From the NCBI GenBank assembly GCA_031316235.1, contig JALDRA010000001.1, positions 840,001 to 872,000 on the forward strand: 32,000 nucleotides of DNA. The letters run 5' to 3'. Shown piece by piece: positions 17,653 to 27,024 of this stretch. The stretch's first letter is position 1. The number at the start of each line of letters is the position of its first letter. The stretch comes from Candidatus Scalindua sp. Its GTDB lineage: Bacteria; Planctomycetota; Brocadiia; Brocadiales; Scalinduaceae. The position numbers were made by a program, and so were the translations under genes. The notes beneath the pieces were generated by a model. That model was not told the DNA's origin, ran no database searches, and saw only the letters and a program-made list of their open reading frames with translations.

Positions 17653-19949
17653 ATCTTATCCTCTTGATTTTCTGCAGGTAGACATACCGTAAATGTAGAT
17701 CCTTCTCCTGATGAACTTGCTGCACTGATCATTCCCCCATGATCTTCTATAATCCTTTTACTGATGGCAAGTCCGATACCAATGCCCCGACCTTTACCTT
17801 TCGTTGTAAAAAAAAGATCGAATATCTTATCCAGCTCTCCTTTATTTATCCCACATCCTGTATCAGATATCGAAAACTGCACGCATGAACCATGTTCACT
17901 GCAGAGCTTTGATTCAATGAACAATCTGCCGCCGTTTGGCATACTATCAATAGCGTTAGCCAAAAGGTTTATAACCACCTGAAAAATATTATCACAATCA
18001 ACATATACCCTGGGTAACCTCGACGCCAGTTTCTTTTTCAACGATATATTTTCATTTTCCCGCTTATGTTCCATAAAAATGAGAGATGATTCAATGATAT
18101 TGTTTAAATCATGGCAGGACAGGTTTAAAACATTTGCCCTGGTAAATGTAGTAAGACGCTTAACTATTACCTCAATTCTATCAAGACCTTCCTGTATTAA
18201 TTCTGTAAATTCCTGAGTCTGCTTAACATTTGCCGGCTCTTTCTCAATCATTCTGGTAAAATTCTGAATCCCTCCCAGGGGATTATTAATTTCATGAGCT
18301 ACCTCAGCAGCTAATTCCCCAATAGCCGCAAGGCGCTCTGTACGCACAAGTTGCTGTTCCAGTCTTTTTCGTTCAGTAATGTTGCTGCATATATACTGTA
18401 CAAATATATTGTTTCCATACTTGATCACACTTGCACTTATGGTTGTCGGAGTAACGTTTCCTTCCTTATGCCGGTGGTTAACATCGTGAAGTATACCTGA
18501 ACCTTTTTCTTTCACCTGTACCCATAAATCCTCTAATCTTGGTATGTCCTGGACAGGGTACATGTCCCATACCTTGAGCTTACATAACTCTGTTTTTGAA
18601 TAACCGGATATCTCTTCCGCTTTTTTGTTGGAATCGATTATTTGTGCGGTATGTATGTCCAAAGTAACAATTGCATCGTTTGCAGAATTGATTGATTCAC
18701 GATATTTTTCTTCGGATTCTTTCAGCTTCGCAGTTCTTTCCTGTATTTTCTGCTCTAAAACAGAATAAGACTCCTCAAGTTTATCAGTCATCTTGTTAAA
18801 TTCATTTGATAACATCCCGATTTCGTCTTTTCTCTTAACGGATATTCTCTGAGTAAGGTTTCCACCCCCTATTGACTTTACTCCCAGCACCAGTTCCTTG
18901 ATAGGATTGGTAATGCTGCTGGCGATCAGGAAAACGGCGATTACCATACCCGCCGCAGTTATGATAACAAGAATAAAGACCTTTCTTTTCAGATTATTTA
19001 TGGGAGCAAATACTTCTTCACTATCCTGCTTGGCAACAAGCCCCCATTTAAGCATTGGCAGATAACGATAAGCAGAGAGTACAGGAACGTTTCTATAATC
19101 TGTTGTCTTGATAATCCCTTCTTTACCTTCTGAACTCATAATTGAAGATTGAGCATTTTTTGCAGTTACCGGAATCTTAAACTTTAAAGCAGAGTCTTTA
19201 CGATGCCTCAGAGTATTAAGAAATACAACATTCTCACCTTCACGCCTTACAAGCAAAGTCTCTCCAGTTTTTCCCATACCAGGCCAATTCTGTATCATAG
19301 GCTCTATACTTTCATCTATATTCGCTCTTAAAATCAATGCACCGATCAAGATATTTGATCCTAACAGGGTAAGAGGGTCTGTTTTATGAATGGGACCAAA
19401 AAAACTCATACATATCTGATTCGAACGGTTTGAATGGTGGATATCTTTTATAGGCTGGCCCATCGTCTTGAGCACATCTTTAAAAAAGAGCAGATCGCCT
19501 TCCTTCTTTCCCACATTATCCTTGTTTGTGGATACTAATATCTCACCACTTTCAATATCCATTATATATATTTCATCAAAAACCCTATAGGTACTCTTTA
19601 ACTTATTAAGGTACATTAACAGTCTAATATGATATTCTCTCCCGACATCAGAGGTCAGCATGCTGTCAACGGAATCCGTTGCCCTCCTTATATAAAACAA
19701 ACTGGTAAATGCAGCTTCCAGAAACTTGTCTCTGGAAATTACCATTGTATCCAGTAATCTTTCCTGCAGCCAACCCTGCAATTCCGCCTTTTTTAAATCG
19801 GTAATGGAAGTCAGCTGCTCTATTAATCTCTGTTCAACAGCGCTCTTACCATTGTAATACGATATAATGCTGACGGTTAAAAGTGGAATCATCGTCATCA
19901 AAAGAAAATATCCAATCAGCTTTCCCCTGATACCAAAAATTATCTTCAT
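17649..19949 (-). CDS. Sensor histidine kinase (TM, Cache-like periplasmic domain, TM, HAMP, PAS, HisKA, HATPase)
   Basis: 766 aa. Two TM segments flank a region of about 290 aa. HAMP region (PIKELVLGVKSIGGGNL). H-box AAEVAHEINNPL. G-boxes DTGCGI and GIGIGLAI. The stop overlaps the regulator start by 4 nt. Confidence 0.9.
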   Translation of the reverse strand: MKIIFGIRGKLIGYFLLMTMIPLLTVSIISYYNGKSAVEQRLIEQLTSITDLKKAELQGWLQERLLDTMVISRDKFLEAAFTSLFYIRRATDSVDSMLTSDVGREYHIRLLMYLNKLKSTYRVFDEIYIMDIESGEILVSTNKDNVGKKEGDLLFFKDVLKTMGQPIKDIHHSNRSNQICMSFFGPIHKTDPLTLLGSNILIGALILRANIDESIEPMIQNWPGMGKTGETLLVRREGENVVFLNTLRHRKDSALKFKIPVTAKNAQSSIMSSEGKEGIIKTTDYRNVPVLSAYRYLPMLKWGLVAKQDSEEVFAPINNLKRKVFILVIITAAGMVIAVFLIASSITNPIKELVLGVKSIGGGNLTQRISVKRKDEIGMLSNEFNKMTDKLEESYSVLEQKIQERTAKLKESEEKYRESINSANDAIVTLDIHTAQIIDSNKKAEEISGYSKTELCKLKVWDMYPVQDIPRLEDLWVQVKEKGSGILHDVNHRHKEGNVTPTTISASVIKYGNNIFVQYICSNITERKRLEQQLVRTERLAAIGELAAEVAHEINNPLGGIQNFTRMIEKEPANVKQTQEFTELIQEGLDRIEVIVKRLTTFTRANVLNLSCHDLNNIIESSLIFMEHKRENENISLKKKLASRLPRVYVDCDNIFQVVINLLANAIDSMPNGGRLFIESKLCSEHGSCVQFSISDTGCGINKGELDKIFDLFFTTKGKGRGIGIGLAISKRIIEDHGGMISAASSSGEGSTFTVCLPAENQEDKI

Positions 19950-19985
19950 AATTCCTTCAAATAATTTTTATCTTCTATTCTAAAT

Positions 19986-20042
19986 TATACTCATCTCATA
20001 ATGGTTTTCGGATAAAATCAGAGAAAAAATTGAGCGAGTATA
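19986..20042 (+). repeat. MITE-like element, module-1-only copy 2 (57 bp)
   Basis: TATACTCATCTCATAATGGTTTTCGGATAAAATCAGAGAAAAAATTGAGCGAGTATA, lying 37 nt upstream of the kinase start codon. Confidence 0.85.
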
Positions 20043-20161
20043 TAATACCATGCAAGTCAATAGGATAGAGGATGACACCTCAAAACTTCGTTACTGTTAT
20101 CCGTAAAGAGGAGAGAGGGTTGAGCAGCAGGAAAGAAACAGATTCTTTTGTAAGAAAAATG

Positions 20162-20190
20162 TTGAAACTATTGACCTTTAAACGTATAGT
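20162..20190 (+). promoter_or_regulatory. Sigma70-type promoter placed for a leaderless transcript of the 152-aa ORF
   Basis: TTGAAA (20162..20167), 17-nt spacer, TATAGT (20185..20190). The ATG at 20197 is only 6 nt downstream and there is no Shine-Dalgarno. Confidence 0.4.
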
Positions 20191-20196
20191 TTCAGA

Positions 20197-20655
20197 ATGA
20201 AGAAGAAAAAAAGACCTGACAGGGAAGATGTTGAGACAATCAGGAATCAGCTGCTGGATTTTGCATGTGCAAAACACGATTTTAAACTTGAAAAGGAAGA
20301 GTACCGGCCAGATGGTGATTGGAATGGGATATTTATGGTAAAGTTCGGGGATAACCCGCAGGAAGACCGATTACATTGCAGCGCTCCATGTGGTGAGCAA
20401 TTTATTACATTTGGTCTCGATTTAGATGTTGACGAAGAAATATGGAAAAGTGAATGCGAAAACATCTTCCGGGTGGCTTCGCGTTACGATATAGCCGTTT
20501 ACGTATCATCGAAAGGGGAAAAAGGTGATGTGCGGCGCTGTCGCCTCTCATCAAGGGCATGGATACCCAATTTCAGCCAGCGTATATTCGGGTTAACTTT
20601 TTCCAATCTTGTGGGTTGTAAAGAGGCTATTTTGCAGATGCTTTCCGGTACATAA
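20197..20655 (+). CDS. Hypothetical protein, 152 aa
   Basis: Longest ORF in an otherwise non-coding stretch, with plausible coding composition. I can assign no domain. Confidence 0.5.
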   Translation: MKKKKRPDREDVETIRNQLLDFACAKHDFKLEKEEYRPDGDWNGIFMVKFGDNPQEDRLHCSAPCGEQFITFGLDLDVDEEIWKSECENIFRVASRYDIAVYVSSKGEKGDVRRCRLSSRAWIPNFSQRIFGLTFSNLVGCKEAILQMLSGT

Positions 20656-20671
20656 TGCGGTACCTGTTTTT
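20647..20671 (+). terminator. Possible weak terminator overlapping the stop of the 152-aa ORF
   Basis: GGTAC-ataatgcg-GTACC followed by TGTTTTT. The stem is only 5 bp. Confidence 0.25.
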
Positions 20672-21004
20672 CAAGAAAGTATTGTCACCCGGGGATACTC
20701 AGTATTTCTCCCCTCTCAATGTCAGCAGAATGAGTATGAAGCCTCCTCCTTTCATGCCCATGCCGTTTCATAAAGGAACACGTATCCTGATCTCATCTGG
20801 TACGTATGCAGAATGGTCTCTTACATTTTCAGATCCTGCGATGACTCTCAATGACCCAGTTATCGTATCAATCAAATGAATTCAAAGGAAACGGCCCTTT
20901 CCCGCCACGATATAATCTGGCTTTGAATGAAGGACAGAGATTGCACCGATTGAAAAAAAATAACTTCCGGAATAAGGCTGTCTTGCAGGAAAACAACAAC
21001 AGTA

Positions 21005-21143
21005 TATACTCATCTCATACTGGATTTCGGATAAAATCCGAGAAAAAATTGAGCGAGTAAAGCCCTCGCGTTTTTTGTCCGGGGATACCATTAACCAGAC
21101 TTTGGTTTTTGGATAAAGACAAAACCAAATCGGTTTTAGTACA
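21005..21143 (+). repeat. MITE-like element, variant copy 3 (139 bp, divergent module 2)
   Basis: Module 1 is identical to that of copy 4. Module 2 is replaced or expanded but keeps the stem GACTTTGGTTTT/AAAACCAAATC and the terminal CGGTTTTAGTA. Confidence 0.8.
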
Positions 21144-21380
21144 TTGATTTTCATACATTGTTTTGGTAATTTGAGATTGTGAAATAATGAATGAAACCCA
21201 TTGTGTGAAGATGTTTCAGATTACCCGTAAAGAAGAACCGGCTAAGCCTGATAAATCCGGTAACTCCTGCTGACTGTCAATATAAGTGCCCGATCTATCA
21301 GGCTTTTCAAGTTTATTGAAAGCTATAGGAAAAAACAGAGATACTTTATTTGAATCAACAAGTTAAGATACCAGGTGCAG

Positions 21381-22988
21381 ATGAAGAAGACAACCAGATT
21401 AAAACAGATGTTACAAAGCCCTCAATTGGAATTTCTCATGGAAGCACACAGTGGTATATCGGCAAAGATAGTAGAGGAAGCGGGATTTAAGGGTATCTGG
21501 GGCAGCGGCCTCTCAATTTCCGGATCTCTGGGTGTTCGAGATAATAACGAAGCGAGCTGGACTCAGGTTTTGGAAGTAGTAGAATTTATGAGCGATACCA
21601 CCACGATTCCCATTCTGATTGACGGAGATACTGGATATGGCAACTTTAACAACATGCGACGTCTCGTCAAGAAGCTTGAACAAAGGGATATTGCAGGGGT
21701 ATGTATCGAAGACAAGCTCTTTCCCAAAACCAACAGCTTTCTCCGTGAAGGAGCTCAGCCCCTGGCTGATATTGATGAGTTTTGTGGTAAGATCAAGGCG
21801 GGGAAGGATATTCAAAGGGACGAGGATTTTGTTATTGTGGCTCGCGTTGAAGCGTTTATTGCGGGATGGGGACTTAAAGAAGCCCTGAATCGAGCGGAAG
21901 CGTATTGTAATGCGGGAGCTGACGCAATCTTAATACACAGCAAATTATCAAATGCAAGTGAAATTTTCGACTTCATGAAAGTTTGGGATAACCGTTCACC
22001 TGTGGTAATTGTTCCGACTAAGTACTACACCACCCCTACCGATGAGTTTCGAAAACACGGAATCTCTGTCGCTATCTGGGCAAACCATGTTTTCAGGGCT
22101 TCCATTCAAAAGATGCAGGAAATTACTCAACAGATTTACCAGGAAGAGAACTTGCTGAATGCAGAAGACTCCATCGTACCGATCAAAGAGGTCTTTCGCC
22201 TGCAAAATGATAAGGAACTTGCCCTTGCAGAGGAACATTACCTGAGACCAAAATCTGGTAACAAGAGAAGTGCCATTATCCTTGCATCCACACGCGGTGA
22301 ACAACTGGGAAAACTGACCCAGTCGATTCCAAAAACAATGATCAAGATCGGAAAAAAGAGCATCCTGGAAAGGGCAGTAGAGCATCTTAATGAATACCAC
22401 ATCAAAAATATTTCGGTAGTAGCCGGATACAAGAAAGAAGCTATTAATCTCCCCAATTTAGCAATTATCGGGAATGATGATTATGAAACGACAGGAGAAA
22501 TGGTATCTCTCTCCAAAGCAATTGACACTGCCCGGGGAGAATCAATTATTCTGTTCGGAGATATCCTCTTCAAAAAGTATTTTCTCAGCATTATCCTCGA
22601 TGATCCCGCAGATATTGTCATCATCGTTGATTCCGTCTTCTCCCCTAACAGGAACTATCAATCTGATTTTGTTTCCGTTTATCAGGTTGAAGGAGCTTCC
22701 TTTTTCCCAGAGGATAATTATCATCTCAAAAAGATTTTTTACGATCAACCCCGTTCAGAATATTACGGCGAATGGATTGGAATGATGAAGCTCACTACCA
22801 AAGGTGTTACAATGGTAAAAGATTTTATTCAAGAGTTTAAAAATAAACCGGAATTTAAAAAGATGGATATCCGGGATATGTTCAACCATTTTATCAAGCG
22901 GGGAATCAGGATTAAGATTCAAACAATTTCAGGTCACAGGATCGATGTAAACAATATTGAAGATTTTTCCTTGGCTGGCGAATTCTGA
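21381..22988 (+). CDS. pepM: Phosphoenolpyruvate mutase (PepM) fused to a C-terminal nucleotidyltransferase domain
   Basis: The N-terminal ~290 aa is collinear with PEP mutase as I recall it ([41 protein letters not shown], PepM-specific [32 protein letters not shown]). The C-terminal ~240 aa has the sugar/phospho-base nucleotidyltransferase pattern ([32 protein letters not shown]...VVAGYKKE). The track ORF starts at GTG 21375; I prefer the ATG at 21381. Confidence 0.9.
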   Translation: MKKTTRLKQMLQSPQLEFLMEAHSGISAKIVEEAGFKGIWGSGLSISGSLGVRDNNEASWTQVLEVVEFMSDTTTIPILIDGDTGYGNFNNMRRLVKKLEQRDIAGVCIEDKLFPKTNSFLREGAQPLADIDEFCGKIKAGKDIQRDEDFVIVARVEAFIAGWGLKEALNRAEAYCNAGADAILIHSKLSNASEIFDFMKVWDNRSPVVIVPTKYYTTPTDEFRKHGISVAIWANHVFRASIQKMQEITQQIYQEENLLNAEDSIVPIKEVFRLQNDKELALAEEHYLRPKSGNKRSAIILASTRGEQLGKLTQSIPKTMIKIGKKSILERAVEHLNEYHIKNISVVAGYKKEAINLPNLAIIGNDDYETTGEMVSLSKAIDTARGESIILFGDILFKKYFLSIILDDPADIVIIVDSVFSPNRNYQSDFVSVYQVEGASFFPEDNYHLKKIFYDQPRSEYYGEWIGMMKLTTKGVTMVKDFIQEFKNKPEFKKMDIRDMFNHFIKRGIRIKIQTISGHRIDVNNIEDFSLAGEF

Positions 22989-23051
22989 TTTCGGGGAATA
23001 CCGGAACCTGTTTCTCTGTTATTGCGGAGACAGAACCGTTATCTTTGGATC

Positions 23052-23080
23052 TATACTGAAATCATTATAAGATGAGTATA
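23052..23080 (-). repeat. MITE-like element, 29-bp mini copy 5 (ends only)
   Basis: The reverse complement reads TATACTCATCTTATAATGATTTCAGTATA, i.e. the left ~21 nt of module 1 joined to the terminal AGTATA. Lies between the convergent pepM and permease genes. Confidence 0.6.
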
Positions 23081-23120
23081 TTTCCGCTGAATTCCCCATG
23101 ATCTCGTGACCAGCCAGGCG

Positions 23121-24656
23121 TTAACTATTTTTTAACCGCAAATAAAAATGGATGGCAGAAAATAAGAGAGCAAAGGAGCAATAGCCTATGGAAAAATCAT
23201 CGGCAACACCGAAACCGAATGTACTCATCACTCCATTTGGCACCAGCTCATACGCATGAATGATACCGACATATGATAAAAACGCAGCTCCGAGTGACCA
23301 GAAACATGCCCGCAGGAACTGCCTTTCAATCAGAAAGACTGAAATTGAGGCAAGTATCATGGACGTAAAGATAAATCCTCTTTCAAGTGATATCATTCCG
23401 TGAATGGCAATTGTATTTTCAAACGCCTCTTCACCCACAATAAAAAGGGTCGTTCCTGCTGAACGCAGAGCACCTTCCACCATTAACAACCCCCACGCAG
23501 CGATAGCAGGGAAGAGACCCATGGCAACGGCCATGGCATGATGTTTAGGCGTTTCCTGAAATGCCTGCGCAACGATTACGATCCCTATCCATAATAAAAT
23601 CCCTATTCCCGCCTCTACCGGTACCAATCTAAGAATAATGGTTATCAATCCTGTCAAACATATCACGATCACAAAGATCCCGTTCAAGATTGAATACCCC
23701 CTCCTGGCACCCATTGCCTTCCAACCAGGATGTCCAATGTATATTGTTGTGGGAAAACAGCTGCCAAAAACGGAAGCAATAACCGAACCAACTCCATTTG
23801 CTAATAGAGAGGAGAACGTATTGTATCTGTCCCCTGCCGCCTCAGCACTCTCAATATTCTGTAAGGATCCCACAACATTGAATACTCCCATTGGAATAAT
23901 AATTGAGAGATATTGAAGTATATACTCATTTTTTACCAGAGCTATCATATCTCCTCCACAGAAATGTGGCAGAGATAAATGAAATATCCCCTCTGAGGAG
24001 ACGATACTTTCTCCCCCCATATACCCCAGTAACCAGGCCAGCCCTGTGCCGACTCCAATAGCAATCAAACCTCCCGGCACTCCCAAGGGAAATCTAATCT
24101 TTGAGAAATATTGGACAAGAATAAATGCCAGTGGAAAAAGAGCAATAACAGGTTTTTCAAATATTTTAAATGCAAAGTCCATCGAAATAAACGTAATGGC
24201 AATTCCTGCCAGCGTTGACAGCAAAGCTGCCCGGGGAGTGATACGCCTGAGGCTTTCTCCAACCAGTGCCCCCAGCATTTCTATCACCCCACTGAAGAAG
24301 CAGGCAATCATACCCACCTTCCATACTAAATAGGGGTCTTTTGTATCGCGATACACCGGGTGCATGATAAAAAAAATGAAGGCAAAAAGACTCACGGTAT
24401 TAATCCCATAAGGTAATGCGGTTATATCACCTCTTTTTTCCCTGGTTGCAACTCTCTTTGCCTGCCATGCATAAAAAACATTGCCCATAAGTATTGAAAC
24501 AGCTGCGCCTGGAAGTATTATTCCGAAAACAAGTGCATCAGGCATACCGCAGAGTGTCTTACAAAAACTTACGATAAGTATTAACTGGATGAGATTATCG
24601 ATTGCAAGACCAAAAAAACCATCAATATCTCTCTTTACAAATAAAGGATAACTCAC
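23121..24656 (-). CDS. Polytopic membrane permease, probably nucleobase/NCS2-superfamily type
   Basis: 511 aa with more than 10 hydrophobic helices throughout. The family assignment rests on general resemblance only. Confidence 0.55.
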   Translation of the reverse strand: MSYPLFVKRDIDGFFGLAIDNLIQLILIVSFCKTLCGMPDALVFGIILPGAAVSILMGNVFYAWQAKRVATREKRGDITALPYGINTVSLFAFIFFIMHPVYRDTKDPYLVWKVGMIACFFSGVIEMLGALVGESLRRITPRAALLSTLAGIAITFISMDFAFKIFEKPVIALFPLAFILVQYFSKIRFPLGVPGGLIAIGVGTGLAWLLGYMGGESIVSSEGIFHLSLPHFCGGDMIALVKNEYILQYLSIIIPMGVFNVVGSLQNIESAEAAGDRYNTFSSLLANGVGSVIASVFGSCFPTTIYIGHPGWKAMGARRGYSILNGIFVIVICLTGLITIILRLVPVEAGIGILLWIGIVIVAQAFQETPKHHAMAVAMGLFPAIAAWGLLMVEGALRSAGTTLFIVGEEAFENTIAIHGMISLERGFIFTSMILASISVFLIERQFLRACFWSLGAAFLSYVGIIHAYELVPNGVMSTFGFGVADDFSIGYCSFALLFSAIHFYLRLKNS

Positions 24657-24666
24657 TTTTTTACCC

Positions 24667-24695
24667 TTGCTTTCTTTTTATATAGTTTTTATAAT
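24667..24695 (+). promoter_or_regulatory. Sigma70-type promoter placed for a leaderless transcript of the ferritin-like pair
   Basis: TTGCTT (24667..24672), 17-nt spacer, TATAAT (24690..24695). The ATG at 24704 is 8 nt downstream and there is no Shine-Dalgarno. Confidence 0.35.
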
Positions 24696-24703
24696 CGGCA
24701 ACT

Positions 24704-24946
24704 ATGATCAAGAAAAAACATCTTATTAATACGCTCTTCAAGGCCCTTGAATGTGAAGAAGAGGCAAACGCTCACTTCTATAGCTACACGGCCAATTCAC
24801 TCAAGTATTATAAATGGTTAAGTGAAGAGAAGAAAAAAAAGATCGAGGAAATAATAAAAGGGTTGAAGGAAGATTCACAAAAGCACAAATCCATTATTGA
24901 AAAACTAATCAAACGCGTACAAGAGAGTAAAAAAAATGTATTCTAG
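24704..24946 (+). CDS. Half-size ferritin-like/rubrerythrin-like helical protein, part A (two helices)
   Basis: 80 aa. Helix 1 is ALECEEEANAHFYSY and helix 2 is LKEDSQKHKSIIEKL. Same helix-pair pattern as the next ORF, but the ExxH motif is degenerate. Confidence 0.5.
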   Translation: MIKKKHLINTLFKALECEEEANAHFYSYTANSLKYYKWLSEEKKKKIEEIIKGLKEDSQKHKSIIEKLIKRVQESKKNVF

Positions 24947-25163
24947 TGAAGCACTTTCCAATATGTTCCTGAGGATTCTCCAGTTCGAAGAAGATGTCAA
25001 GGCTTTGTATGACGACTGCATCGACAAACTTGACGATGCGATAATTATTGAAATTCTGCAATCAATCAGCAATGAAGAAAAAGGGCATATTGAACTTGCA
25101 AGAAACCTTTTGAAAATAATACAGAAAGATCTTCTCAAAGAGGCGAGTGAAAAAGACGGATAA
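24936..25163 (+). CDS. Half-size ferritin-like/rubrerythrin-like helical protein, part B (two helices)
   Basis: 75 aa. Helix 1 is LRILQFEEDVKALYDD and helix 2 is ISNEEKGHIELARNLL (EExxH). Its ATG is the last A of an A8 run plus TG. Overlaps part A by 11 nt. Confidence 0.5.
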   Translation: MYSSEALSNMFLRILQFEEDVKALYDDCIDKLDDAIIIEILQSISNEEKGHIELARNLLKIIQKDLLKEASEKDG

Positions 25164-25191
25164 CTGCATGCCAATTTTCTGACTCAGTCAT

Positions 25192-26787
25192 CTAAACGTC
25201 TAACGTTGCCCTGATAAATCCTTTGAACAGCGGATGAGGTTTTAACGGCTTTGATTTGAATTCGGGATGAAACTGCACTGCCACAAACCATGGATGTTCT
25301 TTCAGTTCGATTATCTCAACCAAACCGCCGTCTGATGTAAAACCGCTGCAGATAAGCCCCTGTGATGCAAAGGAGTCTCTGTATTTATTGTTAAATTCAT
25401 ATCGATGTCTATGTCTTTCGTACACTAATTCCTCACGGTAGCAATCGTAGGCTTTTGAAGGTTTTGTTATTTTGCACGCTTGTGCACCCAGCCTCATGGT
25501 ACCACCTTTTTTCACAATGTCTTTCTGCTTATCGAGTAAACAGATAACAGGGTGCGGTGTATTCACATCGAATTCGGTACTGTTTGCATCTGTTAAATTA
25601 CATACGTTTCGTGCGAATTCTATGGTAGCGCAATGCATGCCCAGACACAACCCAAGAAATGGGATTTTGTTTTCCCTCGCGTATGTAGCTGCCAGTATCT
25701 TCCCCTCAATACCTCTTTCTCCGAATCCCCCGGGTATTAAGATCCCTTTACAGCCTCGAAGGTGCTTCTCTGCTCCATCCTCTTCGATATCTTCTGATTC
25801 TATTCGCCTCTCAATGACCTTTGCTGAATTACTTATGCCACCATGCAGCAAGGCCTCGTAAATCGATTCATATGCTGATTGGTGGCCAATATATTTACCA
25901 ACTATCGCCACCTCTGTTTCTCTTTCTGGGTTCAGCAGAGTATTCAGCATTTCAGTCCATTCCAAAAGAGTATTCTCTTTTTTCTTTAGATGAAGTTTTT
26001 TTAAGATTATTTCATCCAACCCCTGTTCGACAAGAAGCAATGGTATCTCATAAATGTGGGATTTCACATCCTGCTCTTCAATTATTGACTCTCTTTCTAC
26101 ATTGCAGAAGAGAGAGAGTTTTTCTTTAATGCTTGCAGAAAGAGGCTTTTCTGTTCTGCAGATTAATATATCCGGTTCTATCCCTGCCTGACGTAACATA
26201 CCAACTCCATGTTGTGTCGGCTTTGTTTTCAGCTCATCTGCAGCTCGCAGATAGGGTATGAGCGTCAAATGGATATAGAGCACATTTTCTCTCCCTATTT
26301 CCTGGCCAAATTGCCTTATGGCCTCCAGAAATGGCTGACTTTCAATATCACCAACGATTCCGCCTATCTCTGAAATAACAACATCCGTATCGGAATCCGA
26401 CAATTTCCTTATACAGTCCTTAATCTCATTTGTTATATGGGGTATTACCTGTATTGTCTTCCCCAGATATTTCCCCTCACGTTCCTTTGTAATTACTGAG
26501 TAATAAATTGAACCGGTAGTGAAGTTGCAGTCCTTGTCTGTTATCACATTTGTAAACCTTTCATAATGCCCCAGATCAAGATCAGTCTCTGCTCCATCAT
26601 CTGTCACATAAACCTCACCGTGTTCATAAGGACTCATGGTCCCCGGATCAACATTAACGTAAGGATCAAACTTCTGCAATCGTATACGCAAGCCATGGTT
26701 TTCCAGAAGTAAACCGATTGATGCAGCATTTAATCCTTTTCCAAGCGAAGAAACTACACCACCGGTGACAAATATATGTTTTGTCAT
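25192..26787 (-). CDS. pyrG: CTP synthase
   Basis: 531 aa. [18 protein letters not shown] start and glutamine amidotransferase GLCLGMH catalytic Cys motif. Confidence 0.95.
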   Translation of the reverse strand: MTKHIFVTGGVVSSLGKGLNAASIGLLLENHGLRIRLQKFDPYVNVDPGTMSPYEHGEVYVTDDGAETDLDLGHYERFTNVITDKDCNFTTGSIYYSVITKEREGKYLGKTIQVIPHITNEIKDCIRKLSDSDTDVVISEIGGIVGDIESQPFLEAIRQFGQEIGRENVLYIHLTLIPYLRAADELKTKPTQHGVGMLRQAGIEPDILICRTEKPLSASIKEKLSLFCNVERESIIEEQDVKSHIYEIPLLLVEQGLDEIILKKLHLKKKENTLLEWTEMLNTLLNPERETEVAIVGKYIGHQSAYESIYEALLHGGISNSAKVIERRIESEDIEEDGAEKHLRGCKGILIPGGFGERGIEGKILAATYARENKIPFLGLCLGMHCATIEFARNVCNLTDANSTEFDVNTPHPVICLLDKQKDIVKKGGTMRLGAQACKITKPSKAYDCYREELVYERHRHRYEFNNKYRDSFASQGLICSGFTSDGGLVEIIELKEHPWFVAVQFHPEFKSKPLKPHPLFKGFIRATLDV

Positions 26788-26850
26788 GGATTATATCTCC
26801 AGAAAAATTTCCCCTATTCAGACCAGCTTCCCAACACCCTGCCGCCATTG

Positions 26851-26962
26851 TATACTAAAACCGATCTGGTTTTCGGTTTTACCGGAAACCAGATCCTGGT
26901 GAAGGTATACTCGCTCAATTTTTTCTCGGATTTTATCCGAAATCCAGTATGAGATGAGTATA
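26851..26962 (-). repeat. MITE-like two-hairpin element, full copy 4 (112 bp, inverted orientation)
   Basis: The reverse complement aligns end to end with copy 1 (about 103/112). Flanked by TA on both sides. Lies between kdsB and pyrG. Confidence 0.85.
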
Positions 26963-27024
26963 CCATATAATCAAAACTTACTCAGGAATCAGAAAATAGC
27001 AATTCACTCATTTTTCCTGACCCC

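Noticed and set aside
20655-21154. Short ORFs at 20655..20879, 20851..21060 (+) and 20882..21154 (-).
   Set aside because: They are low-complexity and proline-rich or run through the repeat element. They lack start-site signals and are treated as non-coding.
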